Below, in pieces: positions 27,252 through 36,002 of a stretch of 64,000 nt of DNA. The stretch's first letter is position 1. Each line of letters starts with the position of its first letter. This DNA is from an uncultured Lentisphaerota bacterium (lineage in GTDB: Bacteria; Verrucomicrobiota; Kiritimatiellia; CAIQIC01): the NCBI GenBank assembly GCA_903896925.1, contig CAITZM010000016.1, positions 859-64,858 of the forward strand, given 5' to 3'. The position numbers and the translations under genes were made by a program. The notes below the pieces were generated by a model. That model saw only the letters and a program-made list of their open reading frames with translations, was not told where the DNA came from and ran no database searches.

Positions 27252-28102
27252 GGGCGGGGCTCCTCACGGTGTAGTTCGGGCGCAAACAGCGGCACGCCCA
27301 GACCGAGGTCGGGCAGGCTCAACAGCTCGCCGTGCTCGGCCTCGGTCACGACCAGCCCCAGTGGGCCGGCGGGATCAAACGCGCAGTTGGTGGGATTCTT
27401 TCCCGGCAAGTCGCGTGCGCCGACCTGCTGACCCGCGGCGTCGAAAATTTTGATCTGGCCGGAACCGTAGACCGCCACGTAGAGCAGCCCATCGGTGCCG
27501 AGCGCCATGCCATCCGGGCCGGGCGCGCCGGTGACGTCGCCGGCCCAGATGCGCGCGTTGCGCCACTCGCGCCGTTGCGGGTCCCATTCGCCGATCCACA
27601 GCCGCTGCCGGTAGGTTTCGGCGAGGATCAGGGAGTGGCCGCCGTTCACGAAGGCGAGGCCGTTCGGGAAATATTTTTCGCGTGTGATCACACTGACCTC
27701 GCCGGACGGCGCGAGGCAGCAGGCATAGCCGGTCGGCTCCTGGCGCGAATCGCCGGGACAGGAGAACAGCAGATTGCCGGCCGCGTCGAAGGCGAGGTCG
27801 TTGGGCTTGAAGAAGGGGCGTCCCTCCAGCTGTTCCACGATGCTCACGCAGGCACCGGTCTGCGGGTCAAGCCGGCGGATGGAGTTGTGCCCCGAGTCGC
27901 AAAACCAGATGCGGCCTGCCTGGTCGACGGCCGCACCGTTGGGTCCGCCGCCGGTGTCGACGCGCGTCAGCTCGCCCTGCTGCCAGCGCGCCAGGCCGCC
28001 GCCCTTCAGCTCCACGCACCAGAGCGCGCCGTCGGGCGTGAAGACCGGGCCCTCGGGGAACCGCAGGCCGGTGGCGAGCACGTTGACCGGGTTACTGGGC
28101 AC
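27248..28102 (-). CDS. SMP-30/gluconolactonase/LRE-like (SGL) six-bladed propeller lactonase
   Basis: Motifs GLRFPEGPVFTPDG, PNDLAFDAAGNLLFS and GPDGMALGTDGLLYVAVYGSG. The track start 28165 would overlap the MFS gene by 74 nt. I place the start at GTG 28102, which has GGAGGA 8 nt upstream. ATGA overlap with the uxuA start. Confidence 0.65.
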   Translation of the reverse strand: MPSNPVNVLATGLRFPEGPVFTPDGALWCVELKGGGLARWQQGELTRVDTGGGPNGAAVDQAGRIWFCDSGHNSIRRLDPQTGACVSIVEQLEGRPFFKPNDLAFDAAGNLLFSCPGDSRQEPTGYACCLAPSGEVSVITREKYFPNGLAFVNGGHSLILAETYRQRLWIGEWDPQRREWRNARIWAGDVTGAPGPDGMALGTDGLLYVAVYGSGQIKIFDAAGQQVGARDLPGKNPTNCAFDPAGPLGLVVTEAEHGELLSLPDLGLGVPLFAPELHREEPRP

Positions 28103-29327
28103 GGGTGTAGTCCTCCGCAAAGAATTTCTGCCGCGCCAGCAGGATGAGCGCGGCCCCCGCCACATAGAGCACGCCCAGCGAAGAGAGGCCGAGGCTCAGG
28201 CTGACGTGCTTCTTCACCACGCCGAGCAGCAGGGGCGCCAGCGAGCCGATGGTGAAGCCAAAGAAGAGCATCAGGCCCGTCGCCGAGGAGCGGCAGCGCA
28301 GCGGGACCACGTCGAAAAGGGCGGCGAACAGGTTCGAGTCGTAGCACCCGCGGAACAGGCCGAAGGCGGCCAGCGCGGCGTAGACCAGCACCGCGCTGGG
28401 CGCAAAGCCGAGCAGCGCGATGAACGGCGCGCCGAGCAGCAGGCCCAGCGCCTTGATTTCGATGCGGACCGCCGGGCGGCGCGGGGCGAGCCGGTCGGCC
28501 ATGCGGCTGCCGGCCATCACGCCGACGAAGGCGAACAGGTAGTGGCAGATCATCGCGCAGAAGTTCGCCTCCTGCAGCGGCCGGTGGAATTTTTCCACGA
28601 GGAAGGTCGGCATCCACGTCATCCAGCCGGTGTTGACGAACACCATGCAGCCGAACGCGAGGCTCAGGCAGTAGAAGGTCGGCGTGCGCAGCACGATGCC
28701 GAGCACCTCGCGCGGGCGCGGCGTCGGCTCGGTGGCGATGGTCCCGCCGCGGTCGTTTTGCAGCCGCAGGGCGAGCACCACGGCCAGCAGCAGTCCGAGG
28801 AAGCCGAAGGTGTAGAAGGACGCGCGCCAGCCGTAGTGCTCGCCGACGAAGGCGGCGAGCCAGCTGCTCACCACGATGCCGACGTAGAGCGCGGTCTGGT
28901 GGATGCCCAGCGCCTGCGCCCGCGTGGTGGGATGATGGTGGCCGAGCAGCGCGGTGGCCGCGGGGTAATAACAGGCCTCGCCGCCGCCGGTGGTCAGGCT
29001 GCGGAACAGGACCAACCCGACCAGTCCGCCCGCGAGCCCGGTCATGAGCGTGCCCAGGCTGAAGATGAGCAGGCTCAGGACCACGATCCATTTGCGCGAG
29101 AGGAAATCGCCGAGGCAGCCGGCGATCGGCACCAGCAGGCCATAGACCAGCGTGAAGCCCGTCGCCACAAGCCCCAGCTGCACATCGTCCACGTGCAGGT
29201 CGGCCTTGATCAGCGGCAGGACGGCGTTGAAGATCTGGCGGTCGCCCTGGTTCAGGAAATAGGCGAACCAGAACAGGATCACCAGTTCCCACTTATAAAA
29301 TGGACGCGGTGACTTCATGCTTCCCAT
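28092..29327 (-). CDS. MFS transporter (sugar-acid/anion permease-like)
   Basis: 411 aa with 12 hydrophobic segments. The motif FLNQGDRQIFNAVLP is like the ACS/galactonate-transporter family. Confidence 0.75.
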   Translation of the reverse strand: MGSMKSPRPFYKWELVILFWFAYFLNQGDRQIFNAVLPLIKADLHVDDVQLGLVATGFTLVYGLLVPIAGCLGDFLSRKWIVVLSLLIFSLGTLMTGLAGGLVGLVLFRSLTTGGGEACYYPAATALLGHHHPTTRAQALGIHQTALYVGIVVSSWLAAFVGEHYGWRASFYTFGFLGLLLAVVLALRLQNDRGGTIATEPTPRPREVLGIVLRTPTFYCLSLAFGCMVFVNTGWMTWMPTFLVEKFHRPLQEANFCAMICHYLFAFVGVMAGSRMADRLAPRRPAVRIEIKALGLLLGAPFIALLGFAPSAVLVYAALAAFGLFRGCYDSNLFAALFDVVPLRCRSSATGLMLFFGFTIGSLAPLLLGVVKKHVSLSLGLSSLGVLYVAGAALILLARQKFFAEDYTRAQ

Positions 29328-29330
29328 GCG

Positions 29331-30239
29331 TCAGTGCGTGCCCCCGGTGGCTGCGATGAACTCCACGATGGCCCGACGTGCCGGGTCATTTTCCTCTGCG
29401 ATTTTTCCCGCGATGCTGCCGTGCGTCCGGTCGGCGATCAGCCGGCCGGCGACGCGCTGGTTGCCCGCGCCTTGCAGCAGCGCGACGAGAAACGCATTTT
29501 CTTCCGCACGCGCAGGCATGTCGTGGTCTGCATACAGCACGAGCATCGGTGGCGTATCCTTTCGGGCGAAGTACACCGGCGCGGCCTCGTCGGCCGTCAC
29601 GCTGAACTTGTCAATCCCGCGTTCGGCACGCACCGTATAGTGCGTCATCACCTGCCCGCTCACCGGAATCAGCCCCGCGACGGCCGGGAGGGGTATATCG
29701 TATTTCGCCAGATAGCTTGCATCCATTCCAACCATCAGCGCCAGATAGCCGCCGGCCGAGTGGCCGCCGATGAACAGCTTGTTGGCGTCGCCGCCGTGCT
29801 TTGCGATATGCGCGTGCGTCCAGGCCACCGCCGCGGCCGCGTCCTCGATGTACGCGGGGAATTGCACCTTGGGGCTCAAACGGTAATTGGGCACCACCAC
29901 GCACACGCCGGCGCGTGCCAACCTGCGCGCGACGCCTGGCGTGTCCACATCCCGGTCCGCCAGGTCCTTGCTGCCCATCGTCAGCCCGCCGCCGTGGAAC
30001 CACACCAGCGTTGCAAAGCCCGTCGGGCTGTGCGGCAGATAGACATCGAGTACACAGCGCTGTTGCTCGTAGCCCGTGAGCGCGGCACCGGTCTTGTAGG
30101 GGATGTTGCTCAGCTTCTTGCCGCTGTCCGCGGCCGGCGGCGTCGCGCAACCGCTGGCGAGGGCCAGCACGAGTGTGAGGAGCAGACTATGGCCTAGCCG
30201 CACCGCCTTGGTCGATTGTAGCTGCTGCTGTGTGGTCAT
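29331..30239 (-). CDS. Alpha/beta-hydrolase fold-3 esterase lipoprotein (carbohydrate esterase candidate)
   Basis: Trimmed to the ATG at 30239 (MTTQQQ...LLLTLVLALASGCATP, lipobox LASGC). Oxyanion motif VWFHGGGL; nucleophile elbow GGHSAGGY. Confidence 0.7.
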   Translation of the reverse strand: MTTQQQLQSTKAVRLGHSLLLTLVLALASGCATPPAADSGKKLSNIPYKTGAALTGYEQQRCVLDVYLPHSPTGFATLVWFHGGGLTMGSKDLADRDVDTPGVARRLARAGVCVVVPNYRLSPKVQFPAYIEDAAAAVAWTHAHIAKHGGDANKLFIGGHSAGGYLALMVGMDASYLAKYDIPLPAVAGLIPVSGQVMTHYTVRAERGIDKFSVTADEAAPVYFARKDTPPMLVLYADHDMPARAEENAFLVALLQGAGNQRVAGRLIADRTHGSIAGKIAEENDPARRAIVEFIAATGGTH

Positions 30240-30256
30240 GATGCACTCCCGTCTCT

Positions 30257-31447
30257 TCAGGTTCCGCCGACGATGGGGTACCACTCCGGCCGGCGCGGGT
30301 CCTGGTGGAAGCGCGCATAGTAGTCGCCCTTCTCCTCGAAATAGCGCTCGTACTTTTTCATCTTCTCCTCGTCGAGCTTCACTCCCAGGCCCGGCCCCGT
30401 CGGCACCGCGATCTGGCCGTCGACGTACTTCATCAGCCCGCCCTCGATGATGTCGTCGGTCAGGAAGTGATAGTGCGCGTCGCCGGCGAAGTGCATCTCC
30501 GGGATCGTCGCCGAGGTGTGCAACATTGCCGCCAGCTCGATGCCGAACTCCGCACCGCTGTGCATCGCCACGCCGAGGTTGAAGGTGCGGCAGACGGCGA
30601 CGAGATCCTTCACCCCACGCGGGCCTTCCCAGTAGTGCAGGTCGGTCAGCACGATGTCCACCGCGCCCAGGCGGATCGCCGGGCCGAGGTCGTCGAACTT
30701 GTTCGGATACATGTTGGTGGCGATGGGAGTCCGGATCGCCTTGCGCACGGCCGCGTTGCCTTCCAGGCCCCAGGCCGGGTCCTCGAAATACTCCATGTTC
30801 ATCGGCTCCAGCCGGCGGCCGATGCGCGTCGCCGTCGCCACCGACCAGGTCCCGTTCGGATCGATCCGCAGCCCGAACGACGGCCCCAGCCGCGCGCGGC
30901 AGAGCTCGACGACGCGGGCTTCCTCGTCCGGCGGCATGACGCCGGCCTTGAGCTTCATCGCCTTGACGCCGAGCGTCCCGTGCAGCTCCTCGCAGAGGTC
31001 GGCCATATCCTCGGCGCAGGTGTCGTCGCCGCCCTGCGGCCGGTCATAGCGCCAGAAGAGGTAGGCGATCATCGGCACGGCGTCGCGGACGCGGCCGCCG
31101 AGCAGGTCGCTCATCGGCCGGCCCAGCGCCTTGCCCTGGATGTCGAGGCAGGCCATCTCGATGGCCGCGTAGAGGCGCGAGTTCGACAGGTAGTAGATGC
31201 TCCGCAGCACCTTGAGCTTGATGATTTCCAGCTGGAAGGGATCGAGGCCGAGGATGCGCGGCTTCAGCTTCAGGATCGCCCCGCGCTGGTCGCCGCCGCC
31301 GACCTCTCCGAGACCGACAAGGCCCTCGTCGGTGAAAATTTCGATGATTGTGCGCAGGAGGTAGCCGGGATGGACGCCGGTATTATGGCGCAGCTGCGAG
31401 TTGAGCGGGATCGCCACGGTCCGGGCTTTTACGTCGATGATTTTCAT
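30257..31447 (-). CDS. Enolase-superfamily glucarate-dehydratase-like protein
   Basis: The track ORF 30257..32131 has an Arg/Ala-rich spurious N-terminal extension. The real start is the ATG at 31447 (MKIIDVKARTVAIP), 396 aa. Motifs IDPNGTWS, PIATNM and GPGLGV align to E. coli GudD LDPNGAWS, PTATNM and KPGLGV. Confidence 0.7.
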   Translation of the reverse strand: MKIIDVKARTVAIPLNSQLRHNTGVHPGYLLRTIIEIFTDEGLVGLGEVGGGDQRGAILKLKPRILGLDPFQLEIIKLKVLRSIYYLSNSRLYAAIEMACLDIQGKALGRPMSDLLGGRVRDAVPMIAYLFWRYDRPQGGDDTCAEDMADLCEELHGTLGVKAMKLKAGVMPPDEEARVVELCRARLGPSFGLRIDPNGTWSVATATRIGRRLEPMNMEYFEDPAWGLEGNAAVRKAIRTPIATNMYPNKFDDLGPAIRLGAVDIVLTDLHYWEGPRGVKDLVAVCRTFNLGVAMHSGAEFGIELAAMLHTSATIPEMHFAGDAHYHFLTDDIIEGGLMKYVDGQIAVPTGPGLGVKLDEEKMKKYERYFEEKGDYYARFHQDPRRPEWYPIVGGT

Positions 31448-32202
31448 GGTGCCTTGTGTTTCCTTCCTTGATTGAGAACGGCGGCCTGCCCCAGCAACAG
31501 CTGCCGCCAGCCGGCGAGTTGGGCCTTGGTGTGGCCATGGCGCAGGCCCGTCAGCGTCAGTGCGCCTTGAATCTGTCCTTCCATGTCCAGCAGCGGCACG
31601 GAGATGCCGAAGATGTCCGGCCGGTAGGTGGCCGCGTCGGTCGCGACGCCCTGGCGGCGGACCTCGCGGATCCGTTTCCAGACGGCCTCCGGTTTCTGCC
31701 ACTGCCAGCACTCCGGCGGCGCGTCGTGCAGGATCTGTTCGATCCCGGCGTCGGGCAGCCCGCTCAGCAGCACGGCGCCCGAGGCGCCCAGCGTCAGGTG
31801 GAAGCGCGCGCCGGGCTGGACGGCCAGCGCCATCGGTTGTGACGAGGCCACGCGCAGCAGCGTGACCGCCTCGGCGCCGTCCCGGGCCGAGACCTTGCTG
31901 GCCACGCCCGTCGCCGCGGTCAGCGCCTGCAGCGCATCCTGCACCGGCCGGCCCAGGAGCTCGTGGCGCTGCAGCCGCTCCAGCAGCGGCAGCAGGCCCA
32001 GCCCGAGCGCGCATTGCCCGTCCGCGCCCAGCTGCACCCAGCCGGCGTGCGCCAGGGTCTGGAGGATGCGGTAGCAGGTCGCCGGCGCGATGGACAGGGT
32101 GCGGGCCAGGACGGCTGCGGTCGGCTCGCACCGCCCGCCCGCGACGGCCTCGAGGACCTGGACGGCCTTCCGCAGCACGGGGATCTGGTTCGTCGGCTTC
32201 AT
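31444..32202 (-). CDS. IclR-family transcriptional regulator (KdgR-like), first gene of the minus-strand array
   Basis: 252 aa with an N-terminal wHTH (VLRKAVQVLEAVAG...LARTLSIAPATCYRILQTL) and a C-terminal effector domain. ATGA overlap with the start of the dehydratase-like gene. Confidence 0.8.
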   Translation of the reverse strand: MKPTNQIPVLRKAVQVLEAVAGGRCEPTAAVLARTLSIAPATCYRILQTLAHAGWVQLGADGQCALGLGLLPLLERLQRHELLGRPVQDALQALTAATGVASKVSARDGAEAVTLLRVASSQPMALAVQPGARFHLTLGASGAVLLSGLPDAGIEQILHDAPPECWQWQKPEAVWKRIREVRRQGVATDAATYRPDIFGISVPLLDMEGQIQGALTLTGLRHGHTKAQLAGWRQLLLGQAAVLNQGRKHKAP

Positions 32203-32720
32203 TTCAATAGAGAATAATAGATTTCAATACAGAAACAGGACGGCGTCTGTCAATCCCGTTTTTCGGGCCGTCCTGCGGCGGCGGGACGCCGCTGCCAGGA
32301 GCGGTAATGTCCTGAAGGTAGGGCCGTGTAGAAGCGGCCTCACGGCTCCGTGCTGCACTACGCCGGTGTGAGCCGGCCGCTTATCTTCAGCATGGTGGGC
32401 GGGGTTTTCAACCCCGCGAACCAAGTCCCAGCCTATCACCGAGGAGCTGACACAGCAGTCAAAGGAGGGCGCCTTCCGCCGCGCAACATCAAACCGCAGG
32501 ATAAGCGGCGGCCCACCGCTTCCACCAGGCGATCAAGCAGGCGGCATATGAACAGGAGCCGCTCCGTGTAGCTGTGGAGGTGAGTCCGCGAGGCAAGGGC
32601 TGAGGGTGCCGCGTTTTTGACAAACGCGGCTACAGGCGGTGGTGGCCCTCGTGGGGCTGGGCGGGCGTGTCCAGTTCTCTGGCGTGATTACCAAAGACTG
32701 GAAGGGGCGGGCGCGGTTTA

Positions 32721-32768
32721 TTCCAAGGCTTGGAAGAAACACCACACCTGTCTTCCAAGGTTTGGAAA
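32721..32768. promoter_or_regulatory. Pair of palindromes TTCCAAGGCTTGGAA and TTCCAAGGTTTGGAAA with centres about 32 bp apart, inside a 936-bp non-coding gap
   Basis: Read directly. Perfect 7- and 6-bp arms. They are followed by a GC hairpin CTCCGCC-GG-GGCGGAG at about 32781..32796. Confidence 0.4.
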
Positions 32769-32800
32769 GGTTCGCTTGGGCTCCGCCGGGGCGGAGTGCG

Positions 32801-32941
32801 TCAAGCCTTAGGCGCAGCCGCGGGGGCTGCCGCCGCGGCCGGCTTGGCTGCGGGTTTGGCCTTATTGGCCGCCGTTTTCAGACGTTTGATCCGCCGTATG
32901 CGGGCGGCCCGTTTCACTCTGACTCGAAGTTGTTGTCCCAT
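32801..32941 (-). CDS. Candidate small basic protein (46 aa, histone H1/HC1-like KPAAK tail); speculative
   Basis: Own translation MGQQLRVRVKRAARIRRIKRLKTAANKAKPAAKPAAAAAPAAAPKA. Upstream on the minus strand is TTGACG-N18-TATAGC about 15 nt before the ATG. It is below the ORF-track length cut-off. GC3 is about 60%. Confidence 0.25.
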   Translation of the reverse strand: MGQQLRVRVKRAARIRRIKRLKTAANKAKPAAKPAAAAAPAAAPKA

Positions 32942-33138
32942 GGCCAAAAGCTATAGCTCAGCGCCGCCGCCGCCGTCAAGCCTGAACAAAAAAACGTGCG
33001 CCAAAGTGGTGTATGTTGGCGCCCGCGAGCGGGGGCGCGGGTGACGTCGCACGGCTCCCTGTTGCACTATTTCCTTGGCACCGGGCTGGCAGGCGTGATA
33101 GTTTGCCCTGAATTTTTGGCCGGAGAAAATCGTAATTT

Positions 33139-36000
33139 ATGAGTACTGAAAAGAAATCTATCGTGGTGGCAGGGGCGCGCGAGCACAACCTGAAGAACAT
33201 CACGGTCACCATTCCGCGCAACAGCCTGACGGTCGTGACGGGCTTGAGCGGGTCGGGCAAGTCGTCGCTGGCCTTCGACACCATCTATGCGGAAGGGCAG
33301 CGCAAGTACGTCGAGAGCCTGTCGGCCTACGCGCGGCAGTTCCTGGAGCAGATGCAGAAGCCGGACGTGGACTACATCGAGGGGCTGTCGCCGGCGATCG
33401 CCATCGAGCAGCGGACCGCGGGCGCGAATCCGCGCTCGATCGTGGCGACGACCACGGAGATCCACGACTATCTGCGCCTGATGTATGCGAGCATCGGCCG
33501 GGTGCACTGCTACCAGTGCGGCAAGCCGATCACCCAGCAGAGCGCGGACGAGATCGTGGACCGGCTGATGCAGCTGCCGAACCTGATGAAGCTGATGATC
33601 CTGGCGCCGGTGGTGCGCGGGCGCAAGGGCGAGCACGAGGAGATCCTGCAGGGTCTGCGCAAGCAGGGGTTCGTGCGCGTGCGGCTGGACGGCGAGCTCT
33701 ACGACCTGGACGCGATGCCGAAGATGGAGAAGAACAAGAAGCACACGGTCGAGGTCGTCGTGGACCGGCTGGTCATCACGAACAAGGTGCGCACGCGCCT
33801 GACCGACTCGGTGGAGCTGGCGCTGAAGCACGGCGAGGGCCTGATCCTGGCGGTCGCGCCGGAGCCGGAGGGCGCGCCGTGGAAGGAAAAGCTGTTCTCC
33901 GAGAAGAACGCCTGCCCCGACTGCGGCATCAGCTTCGACACGCTCACGCCGCGGCATTTCTCGTTCAACAGCCCCTACGGCGCCTGCCCGACGTGCCTCG
34001 GGCTCGGCACCATGATGGTGTTCGACGAGGACCTGATGATCCCCGACAAGACGCTGTCGCTCGAGGATGGCGCGATCCACCCGTGGCGGCGCGGCGGGCG
34101 GCGGATGATCATCTACCTGAAGGGCCTGCTGCGGGCCGTGGTCCAGCACTATGGCGCGAACATGGAGACGCCCTGGGAGGACCTGCCCGAGGACTTCAAG
34201 AAGACCCTGATGAACGGCTCCGGCGAGCAGGAGCTGCAGTTCGGCTTCTGGCGCGGCGGCAAATACCACAAGTATTCCAAGGCGTTCGAGGGCGTCGTGG
34301 CCAACCTCAAGCGCCGCTACGAGGAGACGGACAGCGACTACATGCGCCAGAAGCTGTCGGAATACATGAGCCGCCCGCCCTGCACCTCGTGCGACGGCTC
34401 GCGGATGCGGCCGGAGACGCTCGCCTGCCGCGTCAGCGGCAAGAACATCGTCGAGGTGACGCGGCTGTCGGTGAAGCAGGCGATCGCGTATTTCGACAAG
34501 CTCGACGTCTCGGAGCAGGAAGCCAAGATCGCGCACGAGGTCATCAAGGAGATCCGGCAGCGCCTGTCCTTCCTGGCGAACGTCGGCCTCGACTACCTGA
34601 CGCTCGACCGCGAGAGCGGCTCGCTCTCCGGCGGCGAGGCCCAGCGCATCCGGCTGGCCACGCAGATCGGCGCGGGCCTCGTCGGCGTGCTCTACGTCCT
34701 TGACGAGCCCTCCATCGGCCTGCACCAGCGCGACAACGAGAAGCTGATCGCCACGCTCAAGGGCCTGCGCGACATCGGCAACACGGTGGTCGTGGTCGAG
34801 CACGACGACCAGACGATCCGCGAGGCGGACTACGTGATCGACCTCGGTCCCGGCGCCGGCCGCAACGGCGGCTATGTGGTGCACGCGGGCACGGTGCCGG
34901 AGCTGCTGGCGAACCCCAAGTCGCTGACGGCGCGCTACCTCAACGGGGAGATGGAGGTCACGCTGCCGGACAAGCGCAAGGAGGGGCACGGCAACACGCT
35001 CGAGATCCTCGGCGCCGCCGAGAACAACCTCAAGAACATCAACGTCAAGATTCCGCTCGGCTGCATGGTCTGCATCACGGGCGTCTCCGGCAGCGGCAAG
35101 AGCACGCTGCTCGATGAAATCCTGCGGCGCGCGCTGTTCCGCCACTTCTTCACGTCGAAGGAAAAGCCCGGCAAGCACAAGAAGATCACCGGGCTGGAGC
35201 ACCTCGACAAGGTGATCGTCATCGACCAGTCGCCGATCGGCCGCACGCCGCGGTCGAACCCCTCGACCTACACCGGCGCCTTCTCCGTGATCCGCGACCT
35301 GTTCGCGCAGCTCCCCGGCTCGCGCGTCCGCGGCTACGGCCCGGGCCGCTACAGCTTCAACGTCAAGGGCGGCCGCTGCGAGCGCTGCAAGGGCGACGGC
35401 ATCCTCAAGATCGAGATGCAGTTCCTGCCCGACGTCTACGTGACGTGCGAGCAGTGCCGCGGCCAGCGCTACAACCGCGAGACGCTCGAGGTGCGCTACG
35501 CCGGCCGCAACATCGCCGACGTGCTCAACATGACGATCGACGACGCGCTGGAGTTCTTCCGCGCCGTGCCCGCGATGGAGCGCAAGCTGCGCACCCTCTC
35601 CGACGTCGGCCTCGGCTACCTGCAGCTCGGGCAGCCGGCGACGACGCTCTCCGGCGGCGAGGCGCAGCGCGTCAAGCTGTCGTCGGAGCTGAGCAAGAGC
35701 GATACCGGCCGGACGATCTACCTGCTGGACGAGCCGACCACCGGCCTGCACTTCGCCGACGTCCACAAGCTGCTGCACGTCCTGCAGCAGCTCCGCGACG
35801 CCGGCAACACGCTGGTGATCATCGAGCACAACCTCGATGTGATCAAGACGGCGGACTACGTCATCGACCTCGGCCCCGAGGGCGGCGACAACGGCGGCCG
35901 CATCGTGGCTCAGGGCACCCCGGAAGAGGTGGCCGCGAACCCGAAGTCCTTCACCGGCCACTACCTCAAACCCTTCCTGGTCCGCAAGCCCGAGGCGTGA
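33139..36000 (+). CDS. uvrA: Excinuclease ABC subunit A
   Basis: 953 aa. It starts [68 protein letters not shown] and carries two ABC ATPase modules plus zinc fingers. Confidence 0.95.
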   Translation: MSTEKKSIVVAGAREHNLKNITVTIPRNSLTVVTGLSGSGKSSLAFDTIYAEGQRKYVESLSAYARQFLEQMQKPDVDYIEGLSPAIAIEQRTAGANPRSIVATTTEIHDYLRLMYASIGRVHCYQCGKPITQQSADEIVDRLMQLPNLMKLMILAPVVRGRKGEHEEILQGLRKQGFVRVRLDGELYDLDAMPKMEKNKKHTVEVVVDRLVITNKVRTRLTDSVELALKHGEGLILAVAPEPEGAPWKEKLFSEKNACPDCGISFDTLTPRHFSFNSPYGACPTCLGLGTMMVFDEDLMIPDKTLSLEDGAIHPWRRGGRRMIIYLKGLLRAVVQHYGANMETPWEDLPEDFKKTLMNGSGEQELQFGFWRGGKYHKYSKAFEGVVANLKRRYEETDSDYMRQKLSEYMSRPPCTSCDGSRMRPETLACRVSGKNIVEVTRLSVKQAIAYFDKLDVSEQEAKIAHEVIKEIRQRLSFLANVGLDYLTLDRESGSLSGGEAQRIRLATQIGAGLVGVLYVLDEPSIGLHQRDNEKLIATLKGLRDIGNTVVVVEHDDQTIREADYVIDLGPGAGRNGGYVVHAGTVPELLANPKSLTARYLNGEMEVTLPDKRKEGHGNTLEILGAAENNLKNINVKIPLGCMVCITGVSGSGKSTLLDEILRRALFRHFFTSKEKPGKHKKITGLEHLDKVIVIDQSPIGRTPRSNPSTYTGAFSVIRDLFAQLPGSRVRGYGPGRYSFNVKGGRCERCKGDGILKIEMQFLPDVYVTCEQCRGQRYNRETLEVRYAGRNIADVLNMTIDDALEFFRAVPAMERKLRTLSDVGLGYLQLGQPATTLSGGEAQRVKLSSELSKSDTGRTIYLLDEPTTGLHFADVHKLLHVLQQLRDAGNTLVIIEHNLDVIKTADYVIDLGPEGGDNGGRIVAQGTPEEVAANPKSFTGHYLKPFLVRKPEA

Positions 36001-36002
36001 GC

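Noticed and set aside
32378-32512. Possible RNase P RNA 3' motif (CCGGCCGCUUAUC resembles ACAGAACCCGGCUUAUC) and a tRNA-like T-arm GGCGGGGTTTTCAACCCCGC
   Set aside because: No matching P4 5' strand (GGAAAGUCCGG). The upstream space needed is occupied by the IclR coding region. The T-loop lacks the T-Psi-C-R-A consensus, and there is no acceptor/CCA context. It is retained only as part of the candidate ncRNA gap finding.
32730-33044. 104-aa plus-strand ORF in the IclR-uvrA gap
   Set aside because: Its GC3 is lower and mixed. It reads through the palindrome pair and is antisense to the better-supported 46-codon basic ORF. No domain was recognised.
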